From positions 15,777 to 79,776 of the forward strand of contig DAOQAK010000009.1 of assembly GCA_035353855.1 (NCBI GenBank): DNA of 64,000 nucleotides, read 5' to 3'. Numbering within the stretch: position 1 is the first letter of the stretch; each line of letters starts with the position of its first letter. Position numbers and translations under genes: made by a program. The DNA comes from Bacteroidales bacterium (GTDB taxonomy: Bacteria > Bacteroidota > Bacteroidia > Bacteroidales > CG2-30-32-10). This document shows positions 57,041-64,000 of this stretch, piece by piece. The notes below the pieces were generated by a model, which saw only the letters and a list, made by a program, of their open reading frames with translations, did no database searches and had not been told where the DNA came from.

Positions 57041-58087
57041 TCATTTATTTTTCAGAAAAGCATCCCATCCCTGGGCTTTTACAGGTATAGTACCACCATT
57101 ACGTGTTATGATATTAATGCCGCTTTCAGTGATATGGCCTATTGGTGTTATTCCTGAAATATTTTTCAACTTTTCAAAATCTTTTGGCGATACAGTAAAT
57201 AGTAGTTCATAATCTTCGCCTCCACTTAGTGCAGCAGTTACAGCATTAATTTTAAATTCTTCACCCATTGAAATGGTAAGAGGATGTATCGGAAATTTTT
57301 CTTCGTATAAAGCACATCCTTTTCCTGATTCCTGGCATATATGGATAATATCAGAAGCAAGTCCGTCTGAGATGTCAATCATAGATGTTGGAACCACACC
57401 GGCTTCTTTAAGTCGTTTCACAATGTCTGTTCGGGGTTCGGGTTTTAATATTCGTTGCAAAATATAATCATAACCCGTAAGTTCCGGTTGCATATCGGGA
57501 TTGCTTTTATAAACCATTTTCTCACGCTCAAGTAGTAACAAGCCCATATATGCAGCGCCCAAATCGCCTGATACAAGAACAATATCATTAACACCCGCTC
57601 CGCTTCTATAAGTTATTGATTCTTTCTTTGCCCTGCCAATCACTGTAATCGAAATAAATAATCCGGCAGCGCTTGCAGATGTATCGCCTCCTACAAAATC
57701 AACCTGGTATTTTTTACAAGCCAGTTTTATTCCTTCATATATTTCATCAATTGCTTCAAGCGAAACCCTGTTGGATAGAGCTATACTTACAGTAATTTGT
57801 TCAGCTACTCCGTTCATTGCGGCAATGTCGCTGATATTAACAGCGGCTGCCTTATACCCCAAATGTTTGAGAGGCGTATATGCCAAATCAAAATGAACTC
57901 CTTCGGTAAGTATATCAGTCGATACAAGTATTTCATCCGTACCGCAACTAATAACAGCGGCATCATCACCAATGCCTTTAATTGTTGATTTATTATAAAT
58001 CTCAATATTTTCCGAAAGATGTTTTATTAAACCAAATTCACCCAATTCGGAAATTTCAGTTCTTTTATTTTTTTCTTTTCTATACAT
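57041..58087 (-). CDS. thiL: thiamine-monophosphate kinase (AIR-synthase-related)
   Basis: ELGEFGLI N-terminus and AIRS-like GDD motifs. Confidence 0.6.
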   Translation of the reverse strand: MYRKEKNKRTEISELGEFGLIKHLSENIEIYNKSTIKGIGDDAAVISCGTDEILVSTDILTEGVHFDLAYTPLKHLGYKAAAVNISDIAAMNGVAEQITVSIALSNRVSLEAIDEIYEGIKLACKKYQVDFVGGDTSASAAGLFISITVIGRAKKESITYRSGAGVNDIVLVSGDLGAAYMGLLLLEREKMVYKSNPDMQPELTGYDYILQRILKPEPRTDIVKRLKEAGVVPTSMIDISDGLASDIIHICQESGKGCALYEEKFPIHPLTISMGEEFKINAVTAALSGGEDYELLFTVSPKDFEKLKNISGITPIGHITESGINIITRNGGTIPVKAQGWDAFLKNK

Positions 58088-58186
58088 ACTGCAAAAGTAA
58101 GTTAAATGATAATAACAAAAAAACCTTTTAAAATTTCAAAAGTCAAAAAGAAAAAAATCTGTAACTTGCCGTTTTATTTTATTTAT

Positions 58187-59527
58187 ATGAAATATATCAT
58201 TACTGGCGCTAGTATTGTAAATGAAGGAAAAATATTTAAAGCTGATGTTGTAATTGAAAACAACATTATTACTGAAATAGGACAATTATCCGGGAAAAAT
58301 ATTTTTGGTAAAACAGAAATAATAAATGCCGAAGGAAAATATCTATTTCCCGGAGTTATCGACGACCAGGTACATATGCGCGAACCAGGGCTTACACATA
58401 AAGCCGATATTTATTCTGAATCGAAAGCAGCAGTTGCGGGTGGTGTAACCTCATACATGGAAATGCCGAATACCGTTCCTAATGCAACAACAATCAATAT
58501 TCTTGAAGAAAAATATAAAATTGCTACTGAAAAATCGTTGGCGAATTTCTCGTTTTATTTGGGCGCAACAAATGAAAATATTGATGAGCTGAAAAAAATC
58601 AATAACAAGAATGTTTGCGGAATAAAAGTCTTTATGGGAGCATCTACAGGTAATATGCTTGTGGATAATGATGTTGTTCTTGATAAAATATTTTCATTAC
58701 CTGATATACTGATAGCAACTCATTGCGAGGATGAACAAACCATTAAGAAGAATACCGAATTGTTTAAATCACAATACGGCGATGATATTCCTTTTTCGGC
58801 GCATCCACTTATCAGAAGTAATGACGCTTGTTATAAATCATCATCGCTTGCAGTAAAACTTGCAAAAAAATATGATACAAGACTTCACTTACTACATTTA
58901 TCCACAGCAGAAGAAATGTCATTACTCGATAATTCTGTTTCGCTTGAAAATAAAAAAATTACTGCTGAAGTTTGTGTTCATCATCTATGGTTTTCAGATG
59001 AAGATTATGCCGGCAAAGGCGCATTAATTAAATGGAACCCGGCAATAAAAACAAAATCCGACAGAGAAAATTTATGGAAAGCTTTACTCGATGGAAGACT
59101 TGATGTAATAGCAACCGACCATGCGCCGCATACTTTTGAAGAAAAAAACAATAATTACCTGAAAACTCCATCGGGAGCGCCATTGCTGCAACACTCATTA
59201 GTGGCCATGCTTGAATTTTATCATCAGGGGAAAATATCACTCGAAACCATTGTACATAAAATGTCGCATGCACCGGCAATCTGCTTCAATGTTGAAAAGC
59301 GTGGGTACATTCGTAAAGGATACTTTGCTGATCTGGTTTTGGTTGATTTGAATAATCCATGGACGGTAAACAAAAATAATATTCTGTATAAATGCAATTG
59401 GTCACCCTTTGAAGGAACCACCTTCCGTTCTAGCGTTTCACATACATTTGTTAATGGAAATCTGGTTTATTGCAATGGAAAATTTGATGAATCGGAAAAA
59501 GGAAAACGATTACTTTTTAACCGTTAA
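58187..59527 (+). CDS. pyrC: dihydroorotase-like cyclic amidohydrolase
   Basis: DDQVHMREPG metal-binding HxH-type motif, and DHAPH later; start moved to Met 58187 (MKYIITG...), since the ORF-track start 58106 gives an unlikely K-rich extension. Confidence 0.7.
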   Translation: MKYIITGASIVNEGKIFKADVVIENNIITEIGQLSGKNIFGKTEIINAEGKYLFPGVIDDQVHMREPGLTHKADIYSESKAAVAGGVTSYMEMPNTVPNATTINILEEKYKIATEKSLANFSFYLGATNENIDELKKINNKNVCGIKVFMGASTGNMLVDNDVVLDKIFSLPDILIATHCEDEQTIKKNTELFKSQYGDDIPFSAHPLIRSNDACYKSSSLAVKLAKKYDTRLHLLHLSTAEEMSLLDNSVSLENKKITAEVCVHHLWFSDEDYAGKGALIKWNPAIKTKSDRENLWKALLDGRLDVIATDHAPHTFEEKNNNYLKTPSGAPLLQHSLVAMLEFYHQGKISLETIVHKMSHAPAICFNVEKRGYIRKGYFADLVLVDLNNPWTVNKNNILYKCNWSPFEGTTFRSSVSHTFVNGNLVYCNGKFDESEKGKRLLFNR

Positions 59528-59551
59528 ATTTTTATTCGTTAATTTTGTAAA

Positions 59552-59971
59552 ATGAAACAACTGCGAATACTAATTTATTTTTTTTGTTTGATTTCTGTAT
59601 TCTTTTCATGCAATAACAAAAAGAAAGAAAAAGAAGAAGAAAGAAAAAAAGCATTACAAAATGCAGACATCATGCCAAGTGATAAATTGGCCGATGTTTT
59701 AACCGATGTATATCTTGCTGAAGGAGCAATGTGTTTAAAAGAAATTCATGCCGATAATCCTGGTTTTTACGCCAACAAATATTTTAAATACGTTTTTGAT
59801 AAACATAATGTATCAAGCGAACAATTCCTCACCAGTTATAAGTATTATGCTGCCGATGCTGATGAAATGCTTAAAATAATTGAGATGGTTTTGAACAATC
59901 TTACTCAACAACAGGGAATGATAGAAGGAAAACCGGCAGTTTCCGAATCCGATAAAAAAGAAAATAAGTAA
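59552..59971 (+). CDS. hypothetical lipoprotein
   Basis: Signal peptide plus lipobox ISVFFSC. Confidence 0.45.
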   Translation: MKQLRILIYFFCLISVFFSCNNKKKEKEEERKKALQNADIMPSDKLADVLTDVYLAEGAMCLKEIHADNPGFYANKYFKYVFDKHNVSSEQFLTSYKYYAADADEMLKIIEMVLNNLTQQQGMIEGKPAVSESDKKENK

Positions 59972-59976
59972 TAAAT

Positions 59977-60399
59977 TTATTGTTTGGTAAATTCAGCAGT
60001 GCAGGTATCAATATCAGCGCCATCACTTACATTATATTTCCAGCTTATTTTAGTATTGCTATTATAAATACTTCCACTTCCGCTTTTGATAGTAAATCCA
60101 CTTACTGTTTGCTCTGGAATATTAGCATTATCACCAGCTACAACAGCATACACTTTTTGTGATGTTCCAAGATGATAAAAATTTGAAAGGTATATTTGTG
60201 AACTATTCCCTGAATTCAGTGTAATAGCAACGGTAAATGAAGAGCTCACGTTTTGATTGCTGTTTTCGTTACATGTCCAGTTGCCAACAAATTTATCGCG
60301 GGGATCTGTGGTATCATCATTATTATCATTAGGGTCGCAGGAAACCAGTAAGCCCACAAATGATGATATTATTAATGTATAAATGAAAAGCTTTTTCAT
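59977..60399 (-). CDS. hypothetical lipoprotein
   Basis: Signal peptide plus lipobox GLLVSC. Confidence 0.45.
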   Translation of the reverse strand: MKKLFIYTLIISSFVGLLVSCDPNDNNDDTTDPRDKFVGNWTCNENSNQNVSSSFTVAITLNSGNSSQIYLSNFYHLGTSQKVYAVVAGDNANIPEQTVSGFTIKSGSGSIYNSNTKISWKYNVSDGADIDTCTAEFTKQ

Positions 60400-60509
60400 A
60401 AAAATTAGTTATTGATAAAATTAACCAATATAATGTCAATAATATAACAACAAAGATATTAAAATGCATTCATTCATACAATAGAATGTTCAATATCAGA
60501 AAAACCTAC

Positions 60510-60665
60510 TAAGGTTAAGGAGACGAAATTGGTTTTGCTGATTGTCGAAAGTTAAAAGGTTGAGCAACTGGTTTGGTTGAAAGTTGTAAGGTGAAAAAAT
60601 ACTATTGACAAAAAACAAAATACCTGACCAGCAGCCAAACCTATTAACTAATACCAAAAACAGAT
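60510..60665. repeat. single dispersed copy of the 185-bp repeat family (compare 11926-12570)
   Basis: ggtgaaaaaatactattgacaaaaaacaaaatacctgaccagcagccaaacctattaactaataccaaaaa aligns with ggtggaaaaactccattaacaaaaaacatataaccaagccagcagccatcagccaacaaccaatc; preceded by aaaaggttgagcaactggtttggttgaaag versus aaaaggtcaaaggttgaaaggttt. Confidence 0.65.
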
Positions 60666-60766
60666 TTTTTAAACCAAAGAATAATCCTATTTTAATAATG
60701 TTTAACAACGATTTGTGCTGATTAAATAAGTATTTTCATAATTTTGCATTATAAAATCTTTTCATC

Positions 60767-61684
60767 ATGTCAATAAAGGTCGATAATATTACGAAGCTGT
60801 ATGGCGAACAAAAAGCATTGGATAATGTTTCATTTAAAATTGATGCCGGAGAAATTGTTGGATTGGTAGGACCTAACGGAGCAGGTAAATCGACCATGAT
60901 GAAAATCATCACATGCTATCTGCCACAAACATCAGGAACAGCTTCTGTTTGCGGCTTTGATGTAGTTGAAAACCCAATTGAAGTAAAAAGAAAAGTAGGG
61001 TACCTTCCTGAACATAATCCTTTATACCTTGATATGTATATAAGGGAATATCTTGAATTCATTGCAGGAATACATAAGATGGGGAAAAAGTCAAAAGAAC
61101 GTGTTTCAGAAATGATCAACCTTACCGGGCTTGATGTAGAAAAGGGAAAAAAGATCGGAGCGCTTTCAAAAGGATACCGCCAGCGTGTAGGTCTTGCCCA
61201 GGCACTTATTCATGAACCCGAAGTGCTTATCCTGGATGAACCTACTTCAGGTCTTGACCCTAACCAGATAATAGATATCAGAAATCTTATAAAAAAAATT
61301 GGTAAAGCAAAAACCGTTTTGTTTTCTACACATATAATGCAGGAAGTAGAAGCTATTTGCGATAAAGTAATTGTTATTGACAAAGGAAAAATTGTTGCGA
61401 ATAAAACTACTGTTGAAATGCACAAGATCAATGAAGATTATGTAAGTATTTCGATTGAGTTAGGCAGCCCTGTAAATAAATCGCTGCTGAAAGAAATCCC
61501 GGGAATTATAGAAGTAATAAATATTAACAGCAATATATGGAATGTTAAAGCAAATAAAGAACCCGATATTCGCCCGGAGATTTTTAAGTTTGCTGTTAAG
61601 CATAATATTACTGTCCTTTCAATGAAAGAAGAAGAACAATCGCTTGAAGAAACTTTCCAGAAGCTTACAAAAAATAAATCGTAA
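60767..61684 (+). CDS. gldA: ABC transporter ATP-binding protein (GldA-like gliding-motility ABC ATPase)
   Basis: 305 aa; Walker A GPNGAGKST, signature LSKGYRQR, Walker B ILDEP; size and N-terminus MSIKVDNITKLYG resemble GldA. Confidence 0.5.
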   Translation: MSIKVDNITKLYGEQKALDNVSFKIDAGEIVGLVGPNGAGKSTMMKIITCYLPQTSGTASVCGFDVVENPIEVKRKVGYLPEHNPLYLDMYIREYLEFIAGIHKMGKKSKERVSEMINLTGLDVEKGKKIGALSKGYRQRVGLAQALIHEPEVLILDEPTSGLDPNQIIDIRNLIKKIGKAKTVLFSTHIMQEVEAICDKVIVIDKGKIVANKTTVEMHKINEDYVSISIELGSPVNKSLLKEIPGIIEVININSNIWNVKANKEPDIRPEIFKFAVKHNITVLSMKEEEQSLEETFQKLTKNKS

Positions 61685-61707
61685 GAATATTTGGTGAAGA
61701 ATAAATA

Positions 61708-61740
61708 AAAAAACCTCTGATCAATTCAGAGGTTTTTTAT
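61708..61740. terminator. bidirectional rho-independent terminator (AAACCTCTGA-tcaat-TCAGAGGTTTTTT)
   Basis: Read directly between convergent genes. Confidence 0.7.
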
Positions 61741-61758
61741 GTTGTAGGAAACAATCAA

Positions 61759-63816
61759 TTATTTAGTCGGTTTTGTTTCTTTTGTTGTTACTACATCTTC
61801 TTCCTTTTTTGTTATTACCTTCGTAAGATAAGCAGAAAGCAATCCTCCCATATTATTTTCTCCCTGTACAAGAAAATCAGGTGTAACTTTAATATTACCC
61901 GTAGCAATTTGTTTTGCAATTTCTATTGAGGTAACACCCTGCTGACCGATTGCTTTGTTCTGAAGTTCATAAGCAGTAGCGGTTGCCTGCCCGATTGCAA
62001 GAATTTTAGAACCTTCTGCATCTCCTTTTACTTTTATTCCTTTAGCTTCTCCTTCTGCGCGAATTCGTGTACTTTCAGCTTCTCCTTCAGCAAATGTAAT
62101 GGTCTTTTGTTTGTTCTGTTCAGCTATCTTCACACCAATTTCTGCTTCTACTAATTGTTTCTGAAGCTCTGCTTCTGAACGGGTTTTTTCTGTAGCAATA
62201 CGCGTTTGTTCTGCTTTCTGCTGTTCAGTATACATTGCCTGTTGTTGTTGTGCAATAACTTTCTTTGTCTGGGTGTCCATCAGTTCCTGCGGAAGTTTTA
62301 TCTGGCAAATTAAAACTGAAACGCATTCCACGTGATATTTTTCAAGTTCCATTCGGGCGCGTTCTTCTGCTTTCTTTTGCTCGTCCTGCCTGTCCTGCAT
62401 AAAGTTCATTGCCGATGTTGATGATGCCTGGTTCCTGAAACTTGAATCGATCATTGGATGTATCACATGATTGATAAGGTTGTCAATGGAGCCAATTTTT
62501 GAAACCATGTATGGTGCCTGATCCGGGCGTACACGCATAATTACTTTTACCGATACACTTATTTCAAAACCATCGCGCGATACGACTTTCAATGGGTCGA
62601 ATTTTGTTCCATCCACATCGTCCCAATCAATAGTGATATTTGTAGTATCAATAATGTAAGCGATGAAAGCTCTTCTGTTCAGGTAATATATACCAGGACC
62701 TGCAACTTCCTGTTGAATCCCGCGATATCCTTTTGGAACAACATATCTTTCAATACCTACATTTACGCGTTTTTCAATATCTTTAACCTGGTCAGGATTT
62801 ATTTCTTCTATTGATGTTTGCTCAATGATTTCTTTGACCTGCTTAGGTTCTTCACCGACATTCGATACCAATACAGCAACCTGTCCGCGTTCCACTACGG
62901 CAACATTATCAAGTTCCACTTTAAACATCAATGGGTTTATATAATATGTTCCCGGACGAAGAACGTCAAACTGCGGCCCTCTTTGTCCTCCCTGTGTTAT
63001 GAATTTTGATACATGCTGATAGTCGTTATGACCGGTAACGGTTTTTGCTACATATTCTCTTTCGGGTAATGGTTCTCCGTCGAGTGCAGTAACCAATCCA
63101 ACTTTTCCTGATGGGATAATAGATGCTTCTCTCATTTCAACATGGAAAAGATCAAGGTTGATACGGTATGTACCCGGTAAAAGTATTTCTGATTGTGGAC
63201 CTTTTTGTCCGTGATTTTTCAAAAAAGCATCACCGTTCTCAAAATTAGAATGTCCGGGAGCTGTTATTGCCAAAAGTCTTCCGGGAGAAATTGCTTCACC
63301 GTCCATAGCTGTTACAATTCCAATCTGTCCTTTATCGATTACGGTTACGGGAACATTTCTTACTTTAAATAATGCGGGATTAATTCTGTAATTACCTGGA
63401 GGTAATATTTCAATCTGTGGTCCTTTTTCTCCGGAGTTTTTCAGAAATGCTTCACCATCCTGAAAAGAATTATGATCCATAACTACTTTTGCAAAAATTT
63501 TCCCTGGAGGTACAGGGTTTCCGTCAATGGATTCAATGATCCCCACTTCATTTTCGCCTATAATGGTAAAGCCAACTTTACGGGCTTTATATATGAATGG
63601 AACCAGTAAATGTAAACCGGGGCCCAATGTTCTGGCTTGCACACCGATTTGGTTTTTCATTGCAATAACGCGTCCCTGTGGCATTTTTGCTCCAAACCAG
63701 CGCCGTTCTAAAATTGCGATCGATCGTCCACCAACAACAATAATAGTGTTAAAAAGCAGTATTAATGCCGCAATTACTATTATCACTGTGTAAATTAAAG
63801 TTAAGTTTTCTGTCAT
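61759..63816 (-). CDS. flotillin-like SPFH/band-7 domain protein
   Basis: 685 aa; N-terminal TM anchor, SPFH domain, long EA-rich coiled-coil (flotillin) C-terminus. Confidence 0.75.
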   Translation of the reverse strand: MTENLTLIYTVIIVIAALILLFNTIIVVGGRSIAILERRWFGAKMPQGRVIAMKNQIGVQARTLGPGLHLLVPFIYKARKVGFTIIGENEVGIIESIDGNPVPPGKIFAKVVMDHNSFQDGEAFLKNSGEKGPQIEILPPGNYRINPALFKVRNVPVTVIDKGQIGIVTAMDGEAISPGRLLAITAPGHSNFENGDAFLKNHGQKGPQSEILLPGTYRINLDLFHVEMREASIIPSGKVGLVTALDGEPLPEREYVAKTVTGHNDYQHVSKFITQGGQRGPQFDVLRPGTYYINPLMFKVELDNVAVVERGQVAVLVSNVGEEPKQVKEIIEQTSIEEINPDQVKDIEKRVNVGIERYVVPKGYRGIQQEVAGPGIYYLNRRAFIAYIIDTTNITIDWDDVDGTKFDPLKVVSRDGFEISVSVKVIMRVRPDQAPYMVSKIGSIDNLINHVIHPMIDSSFRNQASSTSAMNFMQDRQDEQKKAEERARMELEKYHVECVSVLICQIKLPQELMDTQTKKVIAQQQQAMYTEQQKAEQTRIATEKTRSEAELQKQLVEAEIGVKIAEQNKQKTITFAEGEAESTRIRAEGEAKGIKVKGDAEGSKILAIGQATATAYELQNKAIGQQGVTSIEIAKQIATGNIKVTPDFLVQGENNMGGLLSAYLTKVITKKEEDVVTTKETKPTK

Positions 63817-64000
63817 AATGATTTCCTGTTAAGTTGAAATTATTTCTATTTTAAATCAAAATTATGAAAATAAATCAATGCTTTTTCTTTTCCTGTTTCT
63901 TTTATATAAAATATTTTGTTCCTATTATTTTATAGTTTTTATTAAATCAATAGTTCGTTAATTTTTTTATACGTTTTAACAAGCAATTTTACCAAGCCAT

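Noticed and set aside
60496-60708. 70-aa minus-strand ORF
   Set aside because: It lies on the dispersed 185-bp-family repeat copy; non-coding.
1-64000. Searched for transposases, integrases, phage genes, toxin-antitoxin pairs, restriction-modification and other defence-system hallmarks
   Set aside because: No such ORFs were recognised. The only mobile-looking content is the small GxxExxY/heptamer cassettes and the non-coding repeat families.

Overview
This is a low-GC (about 33%) Bacteroidetes-type chromosomal segment. SD-like ribosome-binding sites are absent, TTTG/TAnnTTTG-style promoters are present, and the window carries T9SS C-terminal sorting domains, gld gliding genes and many GxxExxY paralogs. 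In order along the window: the ssb N-terminus, mutY, an HU gene, an RNase E/G-family gene and recX; an odd array of about 20-bp motifs; three consecutive T9SS-secreted cargo genes followed by a C-terminal gene remnant and a 185-bp tandem repeat array; prfB with its programmed +1 frameshift; an ArsC-family gene and class I fumarase; an RND/MMPL exporter; rfbA, an epimerase and a polyprenyl synthase; a suf Fe-S operon (sufB-sufC-sufD-sufS-sufE-DUF59) interrupted three times by small PD-(D/E)XK-type genes (two GxxExxY genes and a DUF1016 N-terminal fragment), each flanked by CACTAAG/CTTAGTG heptamer arrays; then a complete selenocysteine-decoding module headed by tRNA-Sec (selA, selB, a NifS-like aminotransferase, a decayed GxxExxY pseudogene, yedF, DUF3343 and a Cys-type selD). 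This is followed directly by a 2-hydroxyacyl-CoA-dehydratase-like (HgdB/double-cubane family) protein with its ATP-dependent HgdC-like activase, and a tRNA-Met gene on the minus strand. The remainder is housekeeping (HAD, dus, CPBP protease, TonB, an ECF sigma with an unusual triple-repeat anti-sigma-like partner, yebC, ABC-F, DAHP synthase/chorismate mutase, corA, gldD/gldE, thiL, pyrC, a gldA-like ABC ATPase and a flotillin). There are no transposases, integrases, CRISPR arrays or rRNA genes. No TGA-interrupted selenoprotein gene was found in the window. The most unusual content is non-coding and small-gene architecture: the heptamer-flanked GxxExxY cassettes inside essential operons, a 185-bp hairpin-bearing tandem/dispersed repeat family, a hairpin-pair intergenic repeat in two copies, and the radical-enzyme-like pair attached to the selenium locus.
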